The translations under genes and the position numbers were made by a program. The notes under the pieces were generated by a model. That model had not been told where the DNA came from and made no database searches. It worked only from the letters and a program-made list of their open reading frames with translations. A stretch of 62,471 nucleotides of DNA, filler included, from Nemertoderma westbladi (taxonomy: Eukaryota; Animalia; Xenacoelomorpha): the NCBI GenBank assembly GCA_032718475.1. It is 3 parts of 3 records of this genome, joined end to end, with 100 filler letters (N's around TTAATTAATTAA, not from the genome) between each part and the next. Parts side by side here need not be neighbours in the genome. Positions count along the whole stretch, not along the records: positions 18,839 to 50,449 come from JAUCBJ010001924.1; 2 more parts are not named here. The stretch is one strand, 5' to 3'. Below, piece after piece: positions 37,381 through 50,549 of this stretch (position 1 is the stretch's first letter; each line of letters starts with the position of its first letter).

Positions 37381-39703
37381 CAGGGGGAAAGAACTAAGAT
37401 GGTTCCGATGTGGGCATGCCTGGAAGGCACCAGATGTGGGAATTATACGAACTCTTAAGTGCAAATAACTAAAGTGCAATTAGTATGTACGTATGTAGTT
37501 CATCAATATAATCAATACGAATATAATCAAAGTAAGTACTATAGTCATATATGAACTTTTTTTCCAATTAGCTACTGGGACTGGGGACCAATTGACTATG
37601 ACAGGAGGATGGGACACTAGACGAATCACACTTCTTGGGGCACAAAAGGGGAGGGTGAGACTCGTCAGGGGTGAATGGAATAAAACAAGTTTAGGTTGAG
37701 TATAGGAAAATGGGAGAAGTATCCAGTGTCAATTCAATTCAAGTGTGGGGAGCGAGCAGTAAGAGAAAGAGTAAGGGACAACAGGGTCCATGAGAGAAAG
37801 AGTAGAGAGAGAGATGAGAGTGGATTGGGAGCGAGATGGTATATATAATTTGTATCATACAATATACTTATCACTCCACATCACTTGTATAGCTAATGTT
37901 AACTTTGATGTTTATTTGTAAAGTTTAGTTCGATAAGTCTTTTGTAATTACGTAAATTTACTGTAAACTCTTGAACATGTATATTTTACTTAGTCCACCT
38001 TTGGGACAGCCAAACAATTGGGAAATGGCTGCCTAAACCGTTAGGCCGTCAGCAACGCCAGGAAAGGATGTCCACTACACACTAAAGCGCCCACATTAGA
38101 TTCGCCCGCGCGCCCGTTCGAAGTATGCCCCCTTGCCATACAGCGCCCACATCAGAGGAAGGTAAGACTTTGTCTGACGCCCTTGCCCACAGTAAGACCT
38201 ATAGATCAGGGTAAGCGTGACGCCGTCCTGGGACGCCGTAAAACTTAGGATCGAATATTTCAGATTTAGACAGGACAAAGGTACAAAATCCCCCGATTAA
38301 CCTGTATCTCCTACAGGTGTGAGCTATTGCTGTTCGTTAGTATGCGCAAGTACACTTTAGGTGCGGATAGCACATACTTTATAATTTGGTGATTTGCAGT
38401 ACTGACAGTTCTGTACCGTTTCACTTTGTAGTTTATACATTTGCCTGCCCCTGTCTGAGCCCGAAATATTTGATCAGGCAAGGAGAAGCTTTCTGCTACC
38501 GGCATATGCTTGGCCTAGGGAGTTTACTAACTACCGTGCCTTACCACGTACTGATAGGTATTTACTGCTAACCACCGCAGTAACAAAGTTCTAGAATCAA
38601 ATTAGTACCAGATCAGCTACGTACGGTAGTAATTAACAACTATTCTATTAACTTACAATCAGATTCTGGTATTAGTGCCGATCACGGGTGTAGTTACTAA
38701 CACCGTAATTGCCCGGTTGAGTTGTGTGTGGATAGGGAGGAGAGAGCTTTGACGTCAGTTTGTAAGTATTGAACCTACAGAGCGCGACTAGCTTATTTTA
38801 TTAGCTAGCGCCCAGTATTGTTTTTGATTAAAATTACTAAAACCTAGTACGACGGCGATACACCAAAATTGTTTTATTCATAACACACACACACGTCCTA
38901 AAACATATATACCCCCTTTGATACCTACTAGCTATTGATTACTTTTCGGTTACTTTTTAGTAGGATCTATTCTGCAGTTCTACCATTCGTATTTGTAGTT
39001 TGAGGAGATATTTAGTATTTAGTTTTACGGCAAGTATTTTAGATGGCATACACCCCTTTTGACTGCTATTTTCCTGTCTGAGTAGTAGTATTGTTACTTT
39101 AGTCACCACCCCCCTTCAACTGATCGTACCTGTCAGTAGTATTGTTACGCTAGTCTGTTAATCCACTAGCTCGTATATAAACCATATAAATCATACCGCG
39201 GCAAGTTTACGGTATTTAGGTCCATTAGCGATAGTTAGGATTCACTGCGCGGGGATTGTTTTCCCACGGGTTTGATCTGTTACTGTAAACTGTACATCTG
39301 CCTCACCGGTTAGAGGCTGGGTATCCTGTTTTTTCTAGTTCGCCCGGGCATTTGACTCGCCCACATATTAGAATAGACACCAGGCTCTGTTCCTCGCCAG
39401 TAGTAGTTTGCGTACTTAGTATCTGTTTATTTAGACACCCTGGACTGGGATTCATTGTCAGATACTGTACGAGCCCATATACACTACTAGATCTTACAGT
39501 AAGATACATCGTTACTAGGATCCGGTAGGCGGTATACTACTGGACTTTTCAATAGGAGATGTTTTATAGTTGAGTATTCGTAGATTGGTAAATTATAAAG
39601 TAGACCCTGCCAGAGAGTATATAAAAGTAGGAGATATTTTACAATTTAAAATTAGTAAAGTTAGTAATTTGTAGAAAGTCCCCTGCCAGTAGGCCTAGAT
39701 AGT

Positions 39704-39748
39704 TAGATAGATAGATAGATAGATAGGTAGATAGATAGTTAGTTAGTT
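39704..39748. repeat. (TAGA)n/(TAGT)n microsatellite
   Basis: Directly visible. Confidence 0.8.
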
Positions 39749-39913
39749 TGTAATTACTTGTTTTACACCGTGTGTGTGCGGTGTTACCTTTTTCGGTACT
39801 TGAAAAGGTACGTAAGGTTTAAAGACCAATTTGTATCGGTACCTAGGAATATTTTTCGTAGAGTAGAAGTAAAACTCTCACCTTCGACTTTTCAGGACTC
39901 AAGGACTCATTTC

Positions 39914-39932
39914 TGGACCGCCTCGAGGGATT
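39914..39932 (+). promoter_or_regulatory. Putative primer-binding site TGGACCGCCTCGAGGGATT
   Basis: Lies 4 nt after a CA terminus, starts with TGG, and GGATT falls where the complement of a tRNA T-arm is expected. Confidence 0.55.
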
Positions 39933-40399
39933 AGGCCGTTTTTTAGCAAGTTTGAGAGACACAAAATTCGTCTGCAACGCTGGAAACGGAACAATTCTCG
40001 TCCAGTTTGTATCTGGGAATTTGTACGACTGGTAGATCAAAGGAGCGTAAGTTTTACAACTCGTGTCGTTCAAACTTAGAGCACAGTAGTACTCAAAATT
40101 TGTGGGTTCCACTGTCTAATTAGTGTGTATGTTGGTACGTATTTTTCCATTAGACGTTGCTGTTTTGCCTATTATTTGTACTTGTTGATCTACATTTTGG
40201 TAGCGTATACCGTTATCTCACTTATTCGTACAGATTTAGCTGGTAGGCTGAATCATGATTATTTTATTATATACTTTTCGATTTTATTTGTACCAGTTAG
40301 GGTATATATATGGTATATAGATATACCAAGGTAATTTTGACATTTCGACATTCTGACACCTTGACATTTTATTACCCGTACTTGATGTATATAATAGAC

Positions 40400-43300
40400 A
40401 TGAGTGATACACCACGTTCGACTCAATACCCACCTATCGACTATGACTCGTGCGACCCGGACAGATTGACAGTAGACAAACCGAGAAGGAGGACCCGAGA
40501 TTCTACCGATGTCACACCGCATGCGTTGCCGATACCCCGAACGGAAATACCGGAAGCCGCAACGCGTGGTGACGGTAGAACCGAAGACTTCCTTACCATT
40601 CCGCAGACCAGATCGCGGGAACCGGACATGGTAAGTTTGGCTGGAAGCCAAGAGAACATTATTAGGAGTATAGGAGGACACATGGCCCAGATTACTCGAA
40701 ACTTCGGAGAAGGTTTTCGCGTTTTGCGCGAGTTGACCGCCCTGATGTCGAGATACGAGTTCTACACCTTACAGGTAAGGATAGAAAGTAGGGTACATGC
40801 CTCCGTAGATAAATTTAAAGGTTTACACGAACTCACAGAGTTGCGTGGCGACAACTTTACGCAAGTAAAGATAATTAATAAGTTGGTAAGTGCGAGGGAA
40901 AGCCTCATCCAGTTTAAGTCGGTTGTAGGATTGGCTCAGAGGGAGCAACTCGATCAACTGATGGGTGAGTCTGTTTCTGACGCATTGTTACAACCTGAAG
41001 AGGAAGAAGAACTATATCACCTGGACGGAAGGTTAGAAACGCTCACCAATTTTCATCGTAGATGCGGCGTACTGATCGAAGAACAGAAAGTCGAACCATG
41101 AGGGACGACGGAAGTTCTAGCTATGGAAGGCTTGCGAGCCTACCCTATTCCACCATTGGATAGATCATTTGTTAGTGTACGGAGCGATGTTGGCGACGTT
41201 AGTAGGATGACGTCGGTGATAACTCGACAACAACAAGAGGTTGCACGCCAACAACAAGTCGCCGAGGAAGAAGCGCAACAGCAGATGGCATAAGTTGCTA
41301 TCGAAGGAGAGAGACAACGCCGGGAAGACGAGGAGAAAATCGCAAAACTTCAGGCCCAAGCCGAATTCGAAGCCTCGGAGATTCGAAGGTTAGAAGAAGA
41401 CTTAGTGCGAGAAGCGGAGCGCAGAAGAAGCAGAAGGGGCGAAGAAGAAGCGCAGAAGAAAGCAGCATCTGACGCTCGCGCTCAGTTGGAGGCGCGACAA
41501 ATAAAATCTAGATTAGCCATTCAGGAAGCGGAATTTGCGGCACAACAACAAGAGGCAGATCGACGCGAGAGAGAAATACAACTCCAGTTGGAACTGAATC
41601 GTAGATCACGAGAGTTAGCGAATACACAAGAGGATCTCGAACTCAACGCGAGAGACAGATCTATAAGATCTCGAGCTGGACACGACTTGTCTGCATTGGA
41701 TCGTATGGAGACTCGATATCGCGGAATCCAGAAGCGAATCGAGGCAGGGAGTATGGGAGCGATAGATAGAGGAGAGGAGTTTGTCGAGGATTACTGTAAA
41801 CGTTTTTCCTCAAGTTATCCCCATGATCAGACCTACGGTTCCAGCGAAACTGATCGTAGTCATAAAGCCGAAGGAGATATCACCTGTGTCTTCAACGCAA
41901 GGTAACAGAATCAGAATCTATTCGGAGATTATATCGGAATCAATCCCGCAACCTCAAGCGACGTCATCGCCGATTTTAGCAGGTAAGGTAAGTAGTCCAC
42001 CTACAGTAAGCCCTAGTTTACTTGTAGGAAGGGACGAACCTGTGTTTATGACAGTCAAACAGGTAAGTAAGCCATTACCAGTTAAACCTGTAACATGCTG
42101 CGTGAACCCAGTCATTTACAGACCAACTACGATTAAACCTGACTGCTTTACTCGACCTTTGACACATTGCGCAACAAAACCTATAACTTCGCGGAAGGCT
42201 TGCGAGCCTACCGAATGACAATGGACGAACTTTATGGGTAGTACCCACAAGTTAGAACGGAACTTATCGAGACCTACGACTTCGGGGAAGGCTTGCGAGC
42301 CTACCGAATGACGAAGAACCGGGGATGCCGAACAAAAGCAGTGACCGACGAGATCTACACGCCGGACGCGAACCCGCCAACCACCTTATCCAGGCGACAG
42401 CGATTCATTTATTGATATGGAGTCGATGGAAAGGGAAATATTCCGTACTGGAGTGGTTGGTGGCGATTACAAGTGAGAGGAAAGATCGAGAAATCCTTAC
42501 ATCGACAATCCTCCGCGAGAAACACCTGTTCAGAAACCCACGTTGCAACCAGCGGAAGCAATTAGCGCCAAACAGTTTACGGAAATGGCGGACCGATTAG
42601 CTCAACTTGAAGAGCGACTCGAAGCGCAACCGTCGGATCAATCACAAACCAGCGTGGAGTTAGAAAAACCTAGACCACATCGACCACCTCATAGAGAACA
42701 GGAGACTAGATACACTCCGAACCACCGAGGAAACGATCCTGTTAATCTTTCCTACTGACAAACCACATGCGGACGGGAACGACTGGACGCCATAACCGAA
42801 CAGGGACACGGACAGTTAGACTTAGTTAACGAGATTGCTAAGTTTGCAGCCAGACACGGATTGCCGGCACAACAACCGCGAAGTTTTCTGGCAACACGAA
42901 ACACTGTTGTACGCTGGTAGACTACGTAAAGTCCCGGATCGCTATATGTGCCTTCACCTCGATGGAGAAGTTTAACTACTTGCTCCAGGTTCTATCTGAT
43001 GAGCCAAAATGACTAGCGGAGACTTTTATTGGTATACCAAATGCCTTCGAGTTGGCATACGACCGCTTGTTTTCTATTTACGGCAGTAATGTAGCCATGG
43101 CTAAGACCTCTGTAGAGGCGGAAGCATTTCAATCTTCTACGACTTGCGGACGAGATCAAAAACGTTATAGGGACTTACAGTCCATCGGTCAACTCGAATA
43201 CGCCAATGCGCCGACAGTTCTAATCAGGATAATCGGTAGACTCCATCATCGGTTAGGCCGAGAATGGTGACGGATAGAGTACCAGCATGAAGAGGACGGC

Positions 43301-46300
43301 GGGCTATTAAAGCTCACCGCCGAGAATGGTGACGGATAGAGTACCAGCATGAAGAGGACGGCGGGCTATTAAAGCTCACCGATGTTTACGAACTGATTTC
43401 GCGAGAGGCCATGGTTGAGACCAGGTCTAACTACACTGACCACCATATAGCGGCAGAAGGAATAGCTATAGCTGCGCCGAATCGGACCAAACCATTTCCG
43501 AGGAACGCGAAAGCCGTTACCTATGCCACCCCAACGGATACTTCTAAAGTTCTGACGCCTATCCACACCAAACAGCCACGACAACAGTTGCCGGCGGATT
43601 TTGTGGGATGCCCACACTGCAAGCGGAATGGCAGAAATCATAGCGGACACAAGCTACGCCAATGTCGCGCTTTTAGAGAGTTGGGAGTTGAAGAAAGATG
43701 GCTCCAGATTCGCCCGTTGGATTCTTGTTGGAGATGTACCATACCTGGACACGTCCGGAAGGACTGCCCAAACGATGACACATGTCCTCTATGTGGACGC
43801 AACTACGACGCGTTACTCCACACAAATAGTCATACTCCGACTAAACGCTTTCGACGAGAGCATCCTGATAAAGCGGCTAGATGTGACGCGCTTTACAAGG
43901 AGCACGCACCGCGTGAAATCCGCACCTTCTACGCCGATTGTATGGATCAATCAGGCTCATCGGACGAGGATGAGGAGGAAGATGACACCTTTTACTTGCA
44001 TGCGGGGGGGGGGGGGGCAACCATCGATAACACTCCTCACACAGAACCAATTGAAAGGGTTTAGCGTGATACCTATAAAGATTACCGGAACCCGAGGGAG
44101 CAAGCGTATATACGCTATCCTAGACTCTGCATCGTCACATAGTTACATCGACGAACAAGTAGCCGATGTAGTTACGGACATGAGTAAAGGTAAGACTGCT
44201 CAGTATACTGTAAGCAGCATGCATGGTAAGAGAGCAATCCCAGTGACGAGAGTTAAATTAACCTTAGATACTCTTCTTTCCAAAGCGGAACACAGCAAGG
44301 AGGAATGCTCATTACTTCCGGTAAGAAATTTGACCTTTGCAGCTACAAAGGACTTTAGTAACCTGTTATGTAGAACTCCCATAGGTTGGTATACTAGAGC
44401 GCCTGTGCGTTCACTAGAGGTAAGTGACCAGGAGGACGACGTATTGAGCACGTGTAGTTTATTGACTACTACGATAGATAATTCTCCTTCACACTCCTGT
44501 GGTCCAATTGTACAGACTGTACTACGACACACTTGCATCGCTACCACTGATATAACCGATCTGGACGAGACCACATGGACCTCTGACTTACAGCTACTTG
44601 CAGCGAAACAGGTTGTATTGGCTACCGAAGACCAAAGGGTTGTTGCTGTGGATGACTCGATGAACGAGGGTTTTGGAAGGCTTGCGAGCCTACCAACAAA
44701 TCCGAAGGTCATTGACCCCATTCATCAAGCTGCGAGACCGTTCGTTGATCTTGGAAGGCTTGCGATGTTTCACCAGGTTAAAGCTTTGGAGCGGGACAGG
44801 GACAGTTTAAGGTTTCTTTGGTACCCATACGGAAATTTAGAACTTCCGCCAGAAACTTACCAAATGCAGGTAAGAGTTTTCGGGGCCCGGGACAGCCGTA
44901 ACTGCACCATGTACGCCCTAAAGCAGACCGCATTAGACAGACGAGACCGATTTGACCCAGAAGTAGTTTGGACAGTGGAACGGGATTTCTACGTGGATGA
45001 CGGCCTCAAGAGTTGTGACACTTTGAAGCGTGCTACGACTGTAGCGCACCAACTCCAAGACTGTCTCGCCGAGGGCGGATTCCACCTCACGAAATTCGCT
45101 TCCAATAAACTCGAACTAGTAAATTCATTTGACCAAACAGATCGGAGTGGAGGTGACCTAGATATAGACCTAGAACCTCTACCTACGACCAAGGTATTAG
45201 GACTTAGTTGGGACCCGAACACCGATAACTTTAGGGTGCGAGTAATGTCCAACGAACAGACTAGACCTCTCACAAAGAGGACTTGCTTATCGACCATGAG
45301 TCGACTGTATGACCCACTGTGTTTCATTAGTCCAGCGATCCTACATGCCAGGATCATACTCTGCAACATTTGGCAAGCCGGACTGGAATGGGATGACCCC
45401 ATCCCAGAAAAGCTAGCTGAGCAATGGAGGGACTGGGAAGCCCAATTGAAGTTCCTACAGGACTATACGATACCACGAGTATACTTTCCTTTACAGACCA
45501 CCTTTCTTGCCGACTTGGAGCTTCACAGCTTCAGCGATGCTAATAAGGCTGGGCTGGGGGTTACTCTATACCTCAGACGACAAGTGACTTCGGACAGCTA
45601 CGAAGTATCTCTCATTACTTCAAGGGCAAAAACCATGCCACTGAAGTATATGACTGAACCTCGTGGAGAGCTACAAGCCAGGACGATATGCACCGATATT
45701 GTCAGTCTAGTTCAATGCGAGCTGGAGGTTAACTTGAAGGTCACCTATTGGACTGATGCGACGTTAGTACTTTGGTATATAAATAACGAAACATTCAAGT
45801 TCAAGACTTTCGTAGCCAACAGACGGGCTGAAATACTGGACCGGTCGCTCAAACAAGATTGGCGTCACTGTCCAGGGGAAACTGAACCCAGCTAACATCG
45901 CGTCACGGGGAATGTTACCTATTGACTTTTGTAAACCGGACAATAAGTCCTTTTGGTTTAATGGACCAGACTTCCTACAGCAACCATCGGACGAATGGCC
46001 ACCGTTATTTGATGCGACAGCTGTTGTCAAATCAAAAGCGAAAGCCAACGCCAAGGTCAAAGGGAAACAAGGACGGACGAAATTGGATGACCTGGACATT
46101 AGACCAGACATTACGCCAGACATCTCACCAGACACTCGACCAGATGTACTAACGAATCTTTCGCCGGATGTTCCGTGGGAGATTTCACCAGACGTTTTGC
46201 CGGATTGTTCACCAGATGTCTTGCCAGATTATTAACCAGACTGTCCACCAGATTGTTTTCTGGATTACTCGCCAGAATGTTTAATGGAGCTCTCGACAGA

Positions 46301-48436
46301 TTGTCTACCGGACGTCTCACCAGACTTTCCACCAGACATCTCGACAGACTGTCCACTAGACTTTGGACCAGACATTCTGACAGAAGCTACGCCAGACTTT
46401 CTACTGCACGTATGACAGAACATTTCGCCAGAAGTTCTGCAATATGTTTCATTAGACGTCTCACCAGACTGTTCGCCGGATGCCTCACCAGACTGTCTAC
46501 CAGACTTACCACTAGATGATCAACCGGAAAGTAATGACGTGCGCTACGAAACCGCAATGGACCCATTGGAGCGGACTAGTACACACCCATTAGGTACTAA
46601 CAACTTACCTACTTTGGTTTCCTTGAACAATGACGAAGGTGTGGCCACAGCGATCACACTCCGCTCAAGGAAAATACAAGAATTACAGCCTACTGCTAAA
46701 CGTGTGACTAAGGTTAGGAGGCTTACAAGCCCACAGGAACACACTGATACCGTAGAGTTGAAACCGTTACTGCCAGTCAATTCACTGAGTGCGGACGGTA
46801 AAGGTAAGACCGTGGAGATTGAAGTACTTAAGGACTCAGACAAACCTATTGTACAAAGGGAGACACTCACCGAGTCCAAAAAGTCCAAACAAGTACCCAC
46901 ACTTTGACTATACCTTACCTGATGACGTCACCTGACTTACGTTGACAGGATAGTTAACATAACTAGATCATGGACTGACGCATGCCGCATGGTTCAAACG
47001 TTTGAGACAATATGCCAGAGGCAAACGCGACTTTCCTAGAAGACTTACCTTCGATGAAATTGGGAGTTGTGAAATAGATATTATTAAACATTATCAATTG
47101 CGATATTTCGCACGAGAATTCACAGCGATCAATCAGGGTAAACAGATCAAGTCTTCACCGATCTTGAGTTGGATGCCAATAATCTACAAGGGCTTACTTT
47201 GTCACAAGTCCAGACTCCAAAACATTGATTTCGCACTAGACTTTAGGTATCCTATCATCATATGCAAAACCATGAGTTACAGCGCGCTATGATATTGGAC
47301 GGACACGTACGACTCAAACACGTAGGTAGGCATCACTGTCTATCACACTTACGCTCTACATTTGTACTGATTTGACCTAGTAAGGCACTGAGTTCAGTGA
47401 CACGTAACTGTATCATTTGTAAGAAGGTGCACGCGAGGATAGGACACCAAGAAATGAGTGAACTACCATTAGCAAGGTTACAGGCCTTTAGACCCCCTTT
47501 CACTGAGACAGGGATAGACTGTTTTGGACCCATAGTCGCGAAACGCGGAAGGGTACAGGTAAAACGCTGGGGATTAATCTTCACTTGCATGGCCAGCAGA
47601 GCTGTCCATATTGAACGTGTGACAGATTTAACCACCAATGCCTTTATCCTAGCCTTACGGCGATTTATCGCTAGACGTGGATTGGTCAAATCCATTTATT
47701 GCGACCAAGGGACTAACTTGTGGGTGCACGGAACGAAATCACCAGAGCCTTAAAGAGATTGGACTAAAACCAAATTTCCGATGAACTACGTCCTCACAAC
47801 ATTGTCTGGAGCTTTAACACTTCTGACAGTCCGTGGAGAGGCGGCGTTTGGGAAAGATTGATTGGGTCAATCAAGACGGCTATGGCGAAAGTAATACCGA
47901 CGCAACGCATTTTGACAGACGACCAACTGACGCCGTTGTTAATAGAAATCGAAGCGGGTTTGAACACACAACCAATTGCTTTGATCCCAGACAACAACGA
48001 CTCACAGTTTGCCTTGACACCAGCGCACCTGCTTATGCAGGCGCCGACGACATTTTTGCCCACTTCGGTACCTGTCGATAGCGACGGATAGGGCAACAAA
48101 GCTTGGAAAAGCAGTCAACTATTAGCCGACAAATTCTGGGAAATATGGCAGAAGCACTATTTGCCCTCTATTTCGGCCAGAACCTCTTGGTATCTTAATA
48201 CCCGATGTCTGAGACGAGGTGACCATGTTTTATTGGCTGAAACCAATTTGAAACGACGGTTTTGGCTGACTGGAGTCATTTTGACCACACACCCGACATC
48301 CGGTGTAGTAAGGACAGTTACTGTACGGACTATAGACGGTCGTACCGTAGATAGACCTGTACAATGTCTCGTACTCCTTGAGGAGACTAGAAACGAGACG
48401 GGAGACTACAAATCTCCACCCAATCTTAGTAAATAG
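40400..48436 (+). pseudogene. BEL/Pao gag-pol polyprotein of element 2 (multiple frameshifts and deletions)
   Basis: Three Pao-type knuckles (CPHC..H..C, CWRCTIPGHVRKDC, CPLCGRNYDALLH), AILDSAS protease, MFHQV..LRFLW..FYVDD RT, HSFSDA..PRGELQA..YWTDA RNase H, GIDCFGP..IYCDQGTN..GGVWERLI integrase. Confidence 0.93.
46095..46520 (+). repeat. Degenerate 12-bp coding repeat (xxPD tetrapeptides) between RNase H and integrase
   Basis: CCAGA(C/T) recurs at 12-bp spacing; IRPDITPDISPDTRPDVL... Confidence 0.75.
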
Positions 48437-49152
48437 AGATGTGGGACCCTTGGTGGTCGCCATATAGCCTTACTGTATTTTAGTATTTGTATTACTGTAC
48501 ATTTGTATTCCTCTTCACTGTAGAATAAAGACATCGTTGGAATTCTATTGTCTTTATATGTGAACGTGGAGGGTAGTACCCTTATGTATCACATAGGAGC
48601 GGGATTGTGTGTACAGTAGGAATGGAATTCCACTTGGAACCCACAAGTGAGTCAATTTTTCAAAAATTATTAGACAAATCCATTCAGTTGGATTTAAATT
48701 TAAGAAAAACGATTCTCCAGTGGACGGATTCTAGGATACGGTTGGATAGAATTAAAATTGGGGAGGGACAAGAGTGGATGGAAGGCTTGCGAGCCTACCG
48801 ATATTTTTTTGGAAAATAAAATCGGCCTTGTTCCACAGTCATGTCTATTAATATATTTTAGTCTGATTAATTCTCGCGACAGTAATATTTTCTTTGGGAG
48901 TAGCTTGGGAATTAAAAGGTTAGTATTTTAGACTCGCGGCTAGTTTACCCTGAATTTGTTTTTTATCGGCACATTTTTTGGATTAGGAGCCAGTGCGAAA
49001 TCACGCGGAACCCGAAATCTTAGGCAAATGGGTAGGGGTTTTAGAGCAAAGTTGAGCCAAAAGCCGACAAAACTCTAAGTCTCCTCACATCTAACCTCTG
49101 TTTGTGCTTCCTCTAGTAGAACGTAACGATACGTAACCATATATATGCGTAT

Positions 49153-49889
49153 ATGATGGCGGAGAAGATGTATAAGGAGTTACGTCAGGGATTCACGCAG
49201 GAGCAGGAGCACCAGGCGCCATTTAATCGATATGGAGCTAAAAACTTTAACGTGTTTGGAGTTGAGAGTATGGCTAGGAGTACGGCAAGCTCGCTAAGTC
49301 CAAGGCGGATCCGAATGTTACGCGACAGCGATTGGACGCTTATAACAAAAGAGCGGAGGAGTTACGCGCGGAGTTCAATGCATTGTACCCCTACGATGCG
49401 TTATGCGACGCCAGCGACATTTGCGAGGATCCAGACACGGAGATACGCCGATTATATCACATGCTGCAATATTTGACGGCGAGTGAACCCTTGCCTGCAG
49501 CTAGGGACGAATTCGATGGAATGCATCTTTATAGACGCGCTCGAGGAGCGGATCCAGAGACCAAGGACGCGTTCTCCATTTATAAACTGTTCTATAAATG
49601 TGGAGGATGTATGCGCGAGCAAGACAACGCGATTCCTATGCGCTTGAACTCGGAGAACCCCGAGCCGATATTAGCACGTTGTTCATACCACCAAAGTCTG
49701 CATTACCAAGAAGGCGGATACCCTTTGACGAATCCGTACCACTCGTTTAAGATGAGTGGACCGAACGCGGGCGAGATTGTTGTTTATGAACCCAAATTAG
49801 TCCAAGCTAAATATATCGCCGATATTACAGAATCAATGAAGTTTTACACGCGCCACAACAGGTGGGTTACTATAATTAAGTATCAGTGA
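49153..49889 (+). pseudogene. Accessory ORF downstream of pol in BEL element 2 (frameshifted, ~245 codons), unknown function
   Basis: Overlapping ORFs 49153-49476 and 49332-49889 of higher GC than the flanks; CGGC...CSYH possible Zn motif. Confidence 0.45.
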
Positions 49890-50449
49890 TAATCTGGACA
49901 ATTGCATCAGATTTGTGTGTGGTCATACCTCTGACTTACTAAATAATTAATATGGCGATATTTCAGACCATTATTATAAGCAAAGCTCTTATTATTAATT
50001 ACATCACTATTAAGAGTTGTCACAAATTGAATACTGTAGTGATATCAATATAATTAGACCAAAGACTTGTCACAATACGTTTCCTCTAAAGGGAAACACA
50101 ATCACCAGACTTGAGTTCTTACAGAATTAATTAGTCAGTCATTTACTTGTTATACTGTGTTGCCACACCCCCCCCCCCCCCCCCCCCCCCGGTTTCATAT
50201 CTCAGTTAAATACAATAGATAATCAAATACCGTATTGAACTAAGTGAAATATAGAGCAAATCAATACATCGAAGGGAGAAAGGGTAAAAAAACAGATACG
50301 CCAGAGCGGCCTTCGTTGAAGGTACACTAGCGCCACCCCGCTCAGTGTATCAGACCGGACATTTTGCCTTCATTTAGCATGGTTTTTAAGTAACAGGAAG
50401 TCAGGAAGTCACAATATATGAAAATTGAGAGTGAAACAACGTCTTTTTT

Positions 50450-50549
50450 NNNNNNNNNNNNNNNNNNNNNNNNNNNNNNNNNNNNNNNNNNNNTTAATTA
50501 ATTAANNNNNNNNNNNNNNNNNNNNNNNNNNNNNNNNNNNNNNNNNNNN
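50450..50549. other. Assembly gap (44 N + TTAATTAATTAA + 44 N)
   Basis: Same layout as the gap at 18739. Confidence 0.97.

Larger units (their letters stand above)
27840..38095 (+). mobile_element. BEL/Pao LTR retrotransposon 1 (5' LTR missing, decayed) with extra 3' ORF
   Basis: Order gag-PR-RT-RNaseH-IN with Pao-type motifs; the 3' boundary is inferred. Confidence 0.85.
38096..50449 (+). mobile_element. BEL/Pao LTR retrotransposon 2 (different family), decayed; 3' end runs towards the assembly gap
   Basis: Candidate 5' LTR with TATATAAA (~39618) ending ..GACTCA at 39909, then a PBS-like motif and gag-pol; outer boundaries uncertain. Confidence 0.75.

Noticed and set aside
43258-43381. 62-bp tandem duplication in gag of element 2
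   Set aside because: Ordinary frameshifting decay mutation
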